Part shown: positions 14,273 through 26,317 of the stretch, piece by piece | Layout: every line of letters starts with the position of its first letter | Numbering within the stretch: position 1 is the first letter of the stretch | Source: Felis catus | Taxonomy: Eukaryota | Length of the DNA stretch: 64,000 nucleotides | Assembly: GCF_018350175.1 (NCBI RefSeq) | Contig: NC_058368.1 | Coordinates: 47,246,001 to 47,310,000 of the forward strand | Reading direction: 5' to 3' | The notes under the pieces: generated by a model | What the model was told of the DNA's origin: nothing | What the model saw: the letters and a program-made list of their open reading frames with translations, nothing else | Database searches by the model: none | Made by a program: the position numbers and the translations under genes

Positions 14273-14324
<52 letters not shown>
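14267..14324. repeat. Poly(A) joined to a (TA)n microsatellite
   Basis: Directly visible. Confidence 0.95.
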
Positions 14325-14327
<3 letters not shown>

Positions 14328-15539
14328 GAGTCTGGATATGGCAACATGCGTGCATGCATATGCACCATGTCAAGCCTGAATTATTATTCCAGTTGTTTGA
14401 AAGGGTACCTCGACTCCTTCCACATTTACCTGAGGTTCCAGCTATTCCAAGGGTATCTTCAGGAATATCGTTCACTCAGGGAGAGTCAGTACAACTGCCA
14501 AGAGCCAAATATGCATTTGATGCAAGTAAAATCCTTGATGAACAGCAATTACCAGATTGACTTGCCCCTGGGGAGCATCCTGCCTTATGCCAAGCCGCTA
14601 AGGGAATAATATCACTATATATCCAGAAATACCTGGGATTACTCATCTTTTTTGCCAGTAAGCAACTCTTTTGAAAAGGAAAACTGGGTGACTGGGCTTC
14701 TTGTACTTTGATACTCACTAACCAATTTTAGGACCTTAGACTTGCCATTTAACCCTTCTGGTCCTCCTTTTCTTCACCTATAAAATGAGGGGATTAGCCC
14801 AAGTGTTTTCTATGAGCTCTTCAGTTCTAAAATGATATGATTTGGTGCTGCGTATTTATATAGCATATTCCTTCTGCAGATTTCAAAATCTCTCAAGAGA
14901 CTCTCATTAGTATTCTCAATATTGCTGTGAGGCAGGCAGGTGGCAAGGTTTATTATCCCCATTTTTTTAAAAAGGAGACAATGAGACACTTTGCTGACAC
15001 AGCACTCTTGACCAAGTAAAGATGAGAAGTTAGGTGTCCTAATACTAATCAAGAACTCTGTTAAACCACTTTGCTACTAAACTAAATGGAAGGTCTCTGA
15101 TGAATAAAATATTCTGTGCTCATGGGGGGGAAAATGTACTTTGATCACTTTGCAAAGATGTAATGGTTTAAAACAATGATTTCCAAATTGTAGCCCATAT
15201 AATATTCCAGGTGGTTTTTCTCAGTTCTTAACATATGCCTATACGTAGTTTCTCTTTTCTGATAGGAATATCAAAGTATGAATCGGCTAAAGTAAGAGAA
15301 TATTAAGGAATGTGTATAGAAAAAGTAAGAAGATAGTCTGAGGTAGAAGTAATTAAATTTGCAATGGAAAATTTGCAGAGAATAAACTATATAATCTATT
15401 TTAATCTAGAGAAGTTATAGCTAAAATTTAACTATACATTATCAGTGAAATGAGATTATCACCCTAGTAATAATCTAAATAGCTTTCAATAATAGTATGT
15501 ACTTCTCAAGAACTGTAAAAGGCCTAAGATTTTATCCTA

Positions 15540-15970
15540 TGTGCAAGCTAACAAGTTAGCCTGCCATAATGTCATGAGTGCTGGCAGAAGACACAATACT
15601 CCCAGCTCAGAGAAAAAGGATGTTATTACTCTCAGCCATAGCAGTAGCCAGATTATACTTATTTTTGCTTTGGTTTCCCCAGCCCTAGTTCCCACAGGGT
15701 GATGCACAGAGGGCCAGGTGACACGTGTGCACACAGTAGGTTGCAGAGAAGAGAAGAACCCTGATCTTGGGAATCTTGAATGGTTAGTTGTAATGGACAG
15801 CAAGCGTGTCTGCTCTTTGCTCCAGGGAGAGACAGTATATCTAGCTTCCAAGGCTGTTCAGTACATATACATGCCTGGAAAGATAGTTTAGAGCAAAAAC
15901 AGTACCTCTGAGTACCCCTGCCTGCAAAAAGTGCAAAAATACAGGAGACCCAGAGAAAATCTCCCAACCA
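15540..15970 (-). mobile_element. ERVL-class solo LTR (MER54/MER74-like; subfamily uncertain)
   Basis: tgcaagctaacaagttagcctgcc...tgctggcagaagacac...ttattactc end motif; other end ...ctcccaac. Confidence 0.65.
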
Positions 15971-16411
15971 TATGTTCTGACTTCAACTATCTGTGTATCT
16001 GGTGTTCTGAGTATTCTCAAGTGCTCAAAGCAAACAACATAACAATAGTGATTAAGAATAGGGCATTTTCCCCAGCCTGAACTCCTAGTAGATGTCTCTT
16101 AGTTTCTGTCTCTATCCTTGTAGTTTGATAAATACAAAGCAGAAAAATATTTGGTTCACATTTCCCTGCCTTACCTTCATTCCCTTCCACTTCTTAAAGT
16201 GGGTTAATGTCCTCCAGCAAGAAAATGCAGGTAAAAGCACTCTGAAATGTATAAAACCTTACATGAACATATAGCTGGGATTCCAAATTCCTTGTCTTAT
16301 TTCCAGGTACCCTGCAAAATCCATAATTCTCGTTTCTTATTTAATACTCATTTAAAACTCCCTTTGTTTCTCTTTAGCTCTGAGCCTCAGTCCTAGTTAA
16401 AAATCTATTAT

Positions 16412-16595
16412 GGGGCACCTGCGTGGCTCAGTCAGTTAAGCAGCTGGCTCTTGTGATTTCAGCTCAGGTCATGATCTCACAGTGGCAGGATTGAGCCCTG
16501 CCTTGGGCTCCACACTGAGCATGGAGTGGAGGGATTGGGATTCTCTCTTTTCCTCTCCCTCTCCCCCGAAGTATATAAATAAACATTTTTAAAAA
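16412..16595 (+). mobile_element. Can-SINE
   Basis: ggggcacctgcgtggctcagtcagttaag head. Confidence 0.9.
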
Positions 16596-16769
16596 TGATT
16601 ATGGCCACATATTTGGAAAGCAGAGAAAATCACTGGAAGCCCCCATAGAGCTAGAATCACCATCAAACGGAAAACTGTCAGTGTTCCCACAAAGCTTTTG
16701 GCAGCAACCAAGAAGTCACATGTGAGGGTGAGGATGTATATGCTGGTAGCCATCAAATCCCAAAAGTGC

Positions 16770-16955
16770 TGCTCCCTAGTTATGGGACCTTGCTTTGGTT
16801 ACGCAAGCTCTTTGTGTCTCAGTGTTTCAACTGTAAGATGAGGGCGATAACACCTACCTCTTAAGGTTTGGGGAGGACTAAATTAATTCATAATATAAAA
16901 TATCTAAAATACTGCCTGGTACATAGGTGTTTGATAAAGGTTTGCGGATGAATGA
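16770..16955 (+). mobile_element. MIR SINE
   Basis: tgtgtctcagtgtttcaactgtaagatgagggcgataacacctacctc...tgcctggtacatagg. Confidence 0.75.
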
Positions 16956-17031
16956 ACTTTCCTAGCTAATGTGGGGACCATCATACTGAATTGCCAACGT
17001 TAACTGCATTATTGCTAAAATACTGACATTA

Positions 17032-17254
17032 GGGGCGCCTGGGTGGCTCAGTCGGTTAAGCGGCTGACTTCCGCTCAGGTCATGATCTCTCGGTCTGTGA
17101 GTTCGAGCCCCGTGTTGGGCTCTGTGCTGACAGCTCAGAGCCTGGAGCCTGTTTCGGATTCTGTGTCTCCCTCTCTCTGACCCTCCCCTGTTCATGCTCT
17201 GTCTCTCACTGTCTCAAAAATAAATAAAACGTTAAAAAAATTTAAAAAATTAAA
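17032..17254 (+). mobile_element. Can-SINE (SINEC_Fc type, young)
   Basis: Intact head and tail; perfect 16-bp TSD TAAAATACTGACATTA at 17016-17031 and 17255-17270. Confidence 0.97.
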
Positions 17255-17407
17255 TAAAATACTGACATTAAGGGAAATATGTAGAAAACGAATAGCACAT
17301 TTTTTTTCAGAACCTACATATTATTTCTAGTTTGTTTTTATAAACTAGGTAGCAGGAGGACAAAGAGATGTTAATCTATTCACACATTAAAAAAGAAAAG
17401 TATTGCA

Positions 17408-17520
17408 GGGGCTCCTGGCTGGCTAAGTCAGAAGAGCATGCGACTCTTGAACTTGGGGTTTTGAGTTCGAGCCCCATGTTTGGTGTAGAGGCTACTTAAA
17501 AATAAAATCTTAAAAAAAAA
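17408..17520 (+). mobile_element. Short tRNA-like Can-SINE lacking the CT tract
   Basis: ggggctcctggctggctaagtcagaagagcatgcgactcttga...gagttcgagcccc...aaaataaaatcttaaaa. Confidence 0.8.
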
Positions 17521-19055
17521 CATTTCAGAATAGTTTTATGTATTAGATATATCTCCTTGATTATTAAATGAGCATTCTCTGCTGTGCTCGAGATTTAACA
17601 TCAAACTGCTAATTTTGCTTCTTAATAACTATGGAATTATGATTGGTGAGCTATGACCTTCCCCTCTGCACACAGAAAATTTGGTTTCATGTAAACATGA
17701 GTTGCTATTTTAAGTGAAAATGTGAAGGTCTTAAAAGTGGCACAATTAAGAATTTTCATTCCATACAAACGAATATAGAACAAAAAGAGGTAAATAAATG
17801 GCAATGACATTTTTAACATGACATTTTAGAATATTTAAAGGGACCACAAGAACAATAAGTGCATCTTGTGTGCAACTGTCTTTGAAGTTCTAATCTCGGT
17901 TCATGCCACTAAATCATCAAGGAAGGTTATTTTTAACTTGTTATGTAAAGGCTTTAGAAAAAAAAAATCAAGGAGATCTCTCTGAGTACGAAACGTCAAA
18001 CAGAAAGAGGTTTTTGTACATTCTTAGTGTACTAAGGTGATATATGTATGGATCAGAGAGAATTAATTTATCCCAAAATTTTCCAAAATAGCATGAAAAG
18101 ATTTACAGAATGGGAATGATGTGCTTTCCTAAACAGCTTCTTTGAGATACTTGGTAAGTGGAATATTTGCATGTGGCTAAACCACAGTGTGGATTCAACC
18201 AATTAACAAACTATCATCCCTGGAAACTAGATGTGAATATGATTACAAAGCCCCACTGGGAAGAAGCCCAGTATCCCTGTAGTTCCAGAGAAGAGCTGTG
18301 ACACCGAGGAAGGAATCTTCCAACCCAGGGAAAGCCCAGTCCACTTTCTCCTTATGAAAAACGTCTTGTTCCTCCTTCCCCTCCTTCATCTCCCTACTTT
18401 TCTCTTTTTCTTCCTGTCCCCCCTCTTAGGTACACATGCAGATCCCAGTGATCTCACCTTTGTTAATTAATTCAGTCCATATTTTTATCAAAAATTAAAA
18501 TTTGATGGCGTCTTCTCTCTACCTTAAAAAATAAATGATAATATGTAATATTTCCTCACGTATTGACTCTTGTCAAATCATTGGGCAATATTTTGACCGT
18601 AAACACCCCCTCACTTTAGGTCAGTGTGAGAACCCTGCCTCCGTCTTCCATCTTCCAAGAGAGTGAATTTGCTCTTTTAGTACACTGTCCACCTTCCTTT
18701 AATCAGGTCTTGAAATTTTTATTTTGAAAATGGGAAATATAAATGGTGTCATCTCTGCAGTTGGGGCGAAAACGGAAAGGTCCAAATTTCTCTCATACTT
18801 TAATGTGGGTGAGCCATGATCTACTTGTTAAAATTCTTGGATTGCTAATAAAAGTCATAATATACCAAATGGTGGTAATTTGGATGAAACAAGCATATCA
18901 ATCATTGAAGAATGGGCTCATGGCTCTTTATCTGGGCAGAATCATTAAGTAGAATTTATGATATATAATGTATACTATTAAGCAGCTTCCATTAAACTTG
19001 CCTGCCAAACTCGTTCTATACAGAGGGATGTTTCTGAAAGCAAGATGTGTGCAAG

Positions 19056-19070
19056 AGCGCCACCTGTAGG
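19056..19070 (-). promoter_or_regulatory. Candidate CTCF site
   Basis: Minus strand CCTACAGGTGGCGCT resembles the CTCF core CCASYAGRKGGCRS; unique sequence, CpG retained. Confidence 0.5.
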
Positions 19071-20152
19071 AAAACGTCCACATTTACTTTACAATGCTGA
19101 AAATTCAGAAAATTACTAGGTTTTGTAGCAGAAAACTTAAAGAAAATATGGAGGAAATGAGATGTTTTCATTTACAAGTCCAAACCACCTTAAAAAATAA
19201 ATTGTGTAACACTTATTCTAATAAAAATATAAGTATTTCAAGACATAACTTTTTCTCTTGAAAGAAAAAGTGCTCTGATTTTGCAGATATTTTAAACCAC
19301 ACAAATAGCTTTTCTTCTAATTTAAATAATAATTCAAACAAAACCGCTATACTTTTTGCTATTCTTTATACATTCTTCTACTTTGCTTTTTTGCTAACCG
19401 TACGTTTGGCAATCTTTTTCAAAACCTGAAAACAATAGCCGTTCAAAGTACAAATAAGCTTCTTTGTGATGTTTCATTTTGCAGAAAACAGTGTCCAAAA
19501 ACCTACCTTCAGCATAGATATAAGATAAATGCAGAATGCTAAGGAAATAGGGACTTGTTCTACCGCCATGAAATGTCCTTTAGGAGTTGATATCCACAGA
19601 AATTTAGTCTTAAATACTTGCTACTTTGACCTAGAAGCTAATTATGAGGGAGTCGAGCCAAAAAGTGAGATGAATAAAAAGAAATTTCATTGGTATTACA
19701 GAGACAGTTGCCAGAAACAGCTTACAAATCATGAATCTATGCAGAGATGAAAAGTTGAGTCTAAATTATTATTCGACTGGGTCCTTAAATCAATGAGGAG
19801 CAAAAAAATGATTACAGTGGACCTTTAATTTTCAACTATAAAAAGTCAACATGGTAGCTTGTTCAACAGCGTTTTACTGCAGGCTGGAAAGAGAGCCTTT
19901 TGCTTTTTCATTTCTAAAAAGAGTATGCGGGGGGCGTATTTTGGGTTTGGTTTGGTTTGGTTTTGTTCTTAACATAAGTTACAATCAGTCATTGCTACAG
20001 ATCACAGAAAAAGCTGCTTGGCTCTCGGACCAAGTGTGGTTTAACAGGCAACAAACCAGGAGAGGATGATGCCCTGAAGGTACCCCCTCATTATCTCACA
20101 CTTGGGCCCTTTCGCTTTTCATAGACCCATTGTTCATTTGGGTGAGGCTGGA

Positions 20153-20567
20153 TTTTAAGTAGATTCAGTGCTCATCAAGCAAGGTGCCAAAGACAGAGGC
20201 CTGCAAACTGATGTCCTCTGTGCGCAGAGCCCGAGTGGCTGGGAGGGCGGCAGCTTTCCCACAATGCACTGTGCCCGCGCTTCATCTCTGCCCTGGGAGG
20301 CCCACTTCTCAGGATGAGAGGATAATTCACTCGCGATAGCCCATTCAATCTTCAGCCTCTCGGCTGACGCTGCCAACAGAAGTGCCAATTAATGCCAATT
20401 ACAATGGTGACTTTTCTGATATGGGCACCTACTCATATAGGCCATCAAACAGCCATCATATATTAATGACTGTCAGTCATTACCAACATGGGCGAAGTTT
20501 GAACTAGTGACCTGGAGGAGAACTGCTCTTTATCCTACTTCCAACTCCCTGAACCGTCCAATTCCCC
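20153..20567 (-). mobile_element. LF-SINE (LFSINE_Vert), near full length, probably exapted
   Basis: Minus strand reads GGGGAATTGGACGGTTCAGGGAGTTGG...CCAGGTCACTAGTTCAAA...ATGGCTGTTTGATGGCCTATATG...AATTGGCATTAATTGGCACTTCTGTTGGCAGCGTCAGCCGAGAGGC...GATTGAATGGGC...AGAGGACATCAG...TGGCACCTT...GAGCACTGAATCTACTTAAAA, collinear with the LF-SINE consensus as I recall it. Confidence 0.85.
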
Positions 20568-20599
20568 TCCCCCTTTCTTGGCCAATGTTCTTAATTATA

Positions 20600-21000
20600 G
20601 TTTTGTACCTGAATAATGAATGTGCTACATTTTGACAGTGACAATTGCTGAAACGGTGACAGCGGAAGTGCAGCTTCTGTCTGCCATTTAGCCATCCCTG
20701 TCACAGCCTTCAGGCCAGCGAGGGCCTGCTCAAACCTTCAGGGGGCACCACTATTTCCTTTGTCATTCAATCGAGCCCAATTTTTTTATTTGTCTTTCCT
20801 ACTCCTCGGAGGTAAGGAGGGCATTTTTATGCAGATCAATGTGTCCCGGACTTCTATGCAGATGCCGCCATTAGGCCTTTCTTATCTGCTCATTATTTCG
20901 TAGAGCCTTATGAACCGCAAACTCCCGGTACAATGACTATGCCGCAGATTAATCTGGAAATGCACCTCTCAGTCTCAAAAAGGGAAAGCGAGTTAAACAC
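20600..21000. promoter_or_regulatory. Putative conserved non-coding (enhancer-like) element
   Basis: Repeat-free with CpGs retained; several TGACAG/TGTCA (TALE), TAAT/ATTA and TTTATG (HOX-type) motifs. Confidence 0.45.
20735..20749 (+). promoter_or_regulatory. Candidate CTCF site
   Basis: CCTTCAGGGGGCACC resembles the CTCF core. Confidence 0.45.
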
Positions 21001-21679
21001 AACAAACATTCTAAACGATAGAAGAGGGTCAATTCCTTTTGTAAAACACACATCTTAACCTTTCTTTTCTTGAATATCACTTAACCACAATTTGGGGTTG
21101 AATCCCAGCTTGGGGTGCAAATCCTACATGGCCAATTGCTGTCTGCTGTCTGACTGTGGAGTTATGTTTTCAGGGACCCTGAGACTCCCCTCACTTAACT
21201 CCCAGAATGCATGTCAGCCTGCAGCAGTCAGGAATATTTCTTTCAAGTGTGAATTATTCCTAGGTTTGGAAAAAACTTTAAGAGGAAGAAATTGTTACTA
21301 AGCCCTTCACTCTGCCTTCCAAGAGCTTAAATATAGACCCAGCAATTGGCTACACTCCTCACACATCAGAAGAACAAAAGAATAGCCAAATAGTAGAATG
21401 TATCACACTTCCAACTCTTTACTCTTTCTCTGAAAGTGGCACCAAAAGACAATGTGTGAAAAAATAGTCTGGAATTTCACTTAACTTCTCTACATCTGTG
21501 ATATGTCCCCCCCCCAAAAAAAATGCTGGTTCCCTTAAAAGGGCTTAATCCCAACATATCAATTTAGAGATCAAGTTTAGATAATCTGTCCTAGTCCCCT
21601 AGTGAGGTGGTGGCCAAATTAAGGTTACAACTCAAACCCAAAGTTTTTTCACTCTTTTGAAGCCATTCACGTTTATCAT

Positions 21680-21900
21680 CCCAGCAACCTCCTCTGGGTA
21701 CCACCCATGCACAATTCCATGCAGGGGCAATCTGGATGGGAAATATGATTAGCACCATTTTGCAGATAAGGGAAGGGAAGCTCAGCGAGGATAAGGCAAA
21801 GTGCCCAAGACCACACAGTCTATAAGTGGCAGGACCAGGATTGGGACCCAGATATCACTGGCTTCAAAGAACCCAATCAGTCACCTCTATCGCATGACCT
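21680..21900 (-). mobile_element. MIR SINE
   Basis: ccattttgcagataagggaagggaagctcag...tgcccaagaccacacag...ggattgggacccag. Confidence 0.7.
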
Positions 21901-22777
21901 TAGTCCTGTAGAGATTCATTCAAGAAGTAGGTCAAGGTTCCTAAGGCCAATTCAACTTGCCATACAAAATTCCCCAGCAGTCTATGAATCTTTGAGACTT
22001 CAAGTCACTTTAAGTTACCATTGAGCAACAAGCAATATCCTATTCTCAATAAGAGTGGGCAGCAAACACTGTGGCTTCCAGTCTTGCTCAGTGGTGCTGA
22101 TACCATAAAAAGCGACTGTGAGGTAAGATGCAGGACGTGGTTTTCCTTTAACACGCCAAGAATGTGAATCCCAAAGGGCGCCATCTAATAAGACTTTAAA
22201 TAAAACACAATGATTTTATTATTATCACTAGCGATCGTTCACTGAAGTCCACCGAGAGCTCTACATACATTATATTCTATTTAATCCTCACCATGGGTGT
22301 TATTATCCCATTTATTGGATGAATAAAGTGAAGGCCAGCAAAAGTCAGCAAGTTGCCCAAATGCACCAACTTCGCGCTAGACTCTGAACCCAGGACTTTC
22401 AAGCTCCAAAGTCAGAGTTCTTTCTCACTGCTGTTCCTCGATAAGATCTTTGGTCTCATGCTTTGGGCATTTATTTGTTTTGAGGGGAAAAGGGTCCTGG
22501 GAGGGTATTTCTAAATAGACTAAGGAAAGTATTTCTAAATAGACTAATCTAAATAGACTAAGACTATTCTTGCCTCAAGGGGATAACAGGTGGAAGAATG
22601 TGTGGAAAAATATTTTTGAAAGTATCAAAATATCTCGGGATGACCCTTTATTTTCGTACTGTATTTTAAATGACAAAGACCTTTCCAACTTTGAGAGAAG
22701 ATTAGAAAAAAATAGATCAGTGTACACAGCAGACAGACTGTAGAAGTCTAGAAAATAAGTAATAAAAGCAATCTTCA

Positions 22778-22995
22778 GGGCACCTGGGTGACTAGTTGGT
22801 TAAGTGTCGGACTGTTGGTTTCAGCTCAGGTCATGATGTTCTGGTTCGTGGGACTGAGCTCCGTGTCAGGCTCTGCAGTGACAGTGCGAAGCCTGCTGGG
22901 GATTCTCTCTCTCCCTCTCTCCCTGCCCCTTCCCCGCTCGTGCTCGCTCCCTCTCACTCTCTCTCAAAATAAATAAACATCTTTTAAAAATAAAA
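22778..22995 (+). mobile_element. Can-SINE
   Basis: gggcacctgggtgactagttggttaag head, CT tract, aaataaataaac tail. Confidence 0.92.
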
Positions 22996-25043
22996 ACAAT
23001 TGTCTTCTATCTTTGCACTGTCTTTCAAAATAGTAACTACACTAGTTTGCCTACAATACAGAAGAAACTCCCTCAAAGACACAATAGTCACTAGTTTTTG
23101 AAAAATACATATTGCACTGGCCCTCCCACCATGGTAGACAGGCTCAGACACAGAATTTCCTTTGCAGGAAACATATTAAAACTCAAGAATCCCTCCAAGT
23201 ATTATATAAATATATATATATGAAATATTAGATATAATCCTGGAGATGCATTTTTCCTTAGGACTAAAATTTTAACCGCTGATGTCATGGATCTTGAAAG
23301 GGCACAGAACCATGGCAATATGAGACCATTCTGGGCCAAACACAAGGAAATGAGCCTGGATGATAAGCAATTTTAAGGTCACAATGAGAAAACATCTAGG
23401 ATTCAGGGATAATAAATATTACAGGGGTTGAAATGCAAAGTCATGAAAGATTAAAGGAAATAATAAAATGTTTGTGACTTCAGGAAATCTGACTTTGAGG
23501 AAATGTGTCCCACCCTGAGGAATTCACTAATAGAAAATCCACTACTGGAAAGCAGGCACTATTTGTTGGTACAGCTGAAACAAAATAGCTTCTGATTCCG
23601 TGAGAGACTTCCATCTCACACAATGGCAAGAATTTCTGACAAGCGTTCTGCAGAAACCACTGAGTATATCTTTAAAAAGGGACAAACATTTCAATGTTCT
23701 ACTGTTGAATCCAGACAGAAAAATAAATATATGAAACAAGGAGTAACATGAGGACAGGAATTCCTTTTTAAAGGACCGGAATGAAAAGATGGGAACGACA
23801 AGAAGGAAGAAAAGAGGAAACAAGGTACTGGACAAACCGATTTCAATCTAGGACAAGATTAAAAGGTAAAGTTTGCACGGCGTGTGTGCGTCCCTGAGTT
23901 CTCACTTGCCGGAACCACAGTTCTTCGTCTTTTAACACCTCAAAGCTCTTCCCATACTTCCAGATCTGAGCGTCAGCATTTTTCTTTTTTACCTACTTTC
24001 TCTTGTCTAGATTTAACTGTAATTTCCTTTTTCTGACTACATTTGGAATGCCACTATTTCAACTTTCAAACAGTTTGTATGCAAGATGTTGTTTTATGTA
24101 AAGAAGAGAAAAGATTGACAAACCGAAACCAAACAGGGAAGAATTATAAATATTTTGCTTCCCTATTGCAGCTTTCTCCATATGCCTCAAATAAAACATT
24201 TCCAATCGAGCCCTACTTCTGCATAAAGCCTACCAACAAAATAGGCCCTTATTAGTATGTAACGTGTGTAAATTGTAATCAGCACTTTTTTAAAGAAACA
24301 ATTGAAATATGATGTTTATGGAAAGGAACTAGAATCTTTTCTTTTTTTTTTTTTTTTTTTTTGCAAATGAAATCTGAAACTGCACAAGCTATTGACAGAC
24401 TGATGGCTGGGTCGGTTGCCAGAAGCTGGTTAGGGAAGTCGGTATGAAGGTCACTAATTTCATTCTGTTTTATTTCAACAAGACCTTGAAACAAAGAACA
24501 TAGTCTTTAACACGTGGCGAGGAGGTATGGGTGATAAAACTAGAGCTTTACTATCAGTTCTGTGTAATTTTTAAAAATAAGGGGATAGTATTTTACCAGA
24601 ATACATGTTCTAAATGTTATCATAAAATGACTGAGAACAGGGGTAAAGAGATAATTTCTGTAGCAGTGGCTGATTTTAATTTTTCCAATGTCCCCTGCAT
24701 TTCCCTTTTTGTATCCTCAAATTATTATAATTGAAGCAAATCAGCTAACGCTTTTTTTTTTTTAAGTGCATGTCTGGATTGTATGGAGAATACTCTTTGG
24801 GACGTTTCTGGACTTTTCCCATTTATTTTAAGATTCTCTATACAGAATCCAATACTGACTTGTTTTGTGAACTATATTTTTCTTATTAACAATGGAATTA
24901 CACATTAATAATGAAAACAAGGCAACCCATGTTCCTACAATGGTCACTTGGAAATTATTCTTTTAATAAATTTAACTTGTTTAGAGAAGAGAACTTGATG
25001 TAAATAACAACAAAAAATATTTGTTTTGTTTTTGTCTATTATT

Positions 25044-25268
25044 TTTTAAGTGTATTTATTTATTTTGAGAGAGAGGGAGAGAGAGAGAGCATACGTGCGC
25101 GCACAAGTGGGGGAGGGGTAGGTAGAGAGGAAGAGAGAGACAATTAAAGCAGGTTCCACACTGTCAGCACAGAACCTGTCGCAGGCTCAATCTCACGAAC
25201 TGTGAGATCATAACCTAAGCTGAAATCAAGAGTAGAATGCTTAACTGACTGAGTCACCCAGGCACCCC
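25044..25268 (-). mobile_element. Can-SINE
   Basis: gagtcacccaggcacccc terminus; TSD ttttgtctattatt. Confidence 0.93.
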
Positions 25269-25928
25269 ATTTTTGTCTATTATTAAAGTAAATAAGTCCA
25301 AGTAAACTCATACATGGCCTCAGCTATGTGAAATGCATGAAATTATTATAGGAAAATTATAGTTTGAAGAGGTTTCCTGAAACTCTAAGTACAAAAGCTT
25401 AGATAATATAGTCCTAGAAGAATTTTTAATGTATTTGGAAATACATTATTATGCTGCATGTGCACAGGCACGCACACACACACACACAAGGACTAAAGCA
25501 ATAAATCTAGTGAATAGCATGAAAGGAAATTAACTGAAAAAAATAAATTACTTAAAAAAAGCAAAAGAAACCCTAAAACGTTCTAGCAAATAGACACAAA
25601 TCCAACAGATAACAAATAAACGAGTCATCAACATCAAACATGGCCCCCAAATCCCCATTAGTTTCAAGTTCACATGGGTTTTCTGTTACTTGGGTGAGCA
25701 CCAGATCTGGGCAGTGTCAGGACCCACCTCCCCCATGGTATGAGGACCAGGGCCAACTTTTCAGACAAAATATGGCCAAGTCAGGCTCTAGAAATATGGT
25801 CCATTGTGTTTATCTATCTGCCCCAGGATAGAAAAGACCATGTATATGTTTCCTTTTTTTGGCTACAGAAACTCTTCTCCATTAAACAAATCCTTCCAAA
25901 ACTGCCAGTCAGAAGACACATTACCTGA

Positions 25929-26317
25929 TGCTATGGACTGAGTGTCTGTATCCCCTCAAAATTCCTATGTTGAAACTCTAATCCCCAGTATGATGGTATT
26001 TGGAGGTGGGGACTTTAGGAGGTAATTGGGTCATGAGAGTGGAGCCCTCATGATGGTCTTAGTGCCCTTGTAAGAAGAAACAGAGAGAGCTTACTCTCTG
26101 TCTCTGTCTCTGTCTCTCTCTCTTTCTCTCTCTCTCTCTGCTATGTGAGGATGCAGTGAGAAGGCAGCTGCCTACAGGAAGGGAGCCCTCAGCAGAAGTT
26201 GACTGTGCTGGCATCCTGATCTCAGAATCCTAGTGTTCAGGCCTGTGAGAAATGAATATCTGTTGTTCAAGTCACTCAGTCTACGGGACTTTTATTGTAG
26301 CAGCTTGAGCTAAGACA
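25929..26317 (+). mobile_element. MLT1A-type MaLR solo LTR
   Basis: tgctatggactgagtgtctgtatcccctcaaaattcctatgttgaaa...tagcagcttgagctaagaca. Confidence 0.88.

Noticed and set aside
17408..17490. Possible tRNA gene
   Set aside because: Followed by an A-rich SINE tail with a degenerate acceptor stem; it is a tRNA-derived SINE.
20155..20388. 77-aa ORF MALLLAASAERLKIEW...
   Set aside because: Lies entirely within the LF-SINE and has a non-ATG start; no coding evidence.
22176..22192. CTCF-like GGCGCCATCTAATAA
   Set aside because: It lacks the conserved GG end (CC on the motif strand); weak match.
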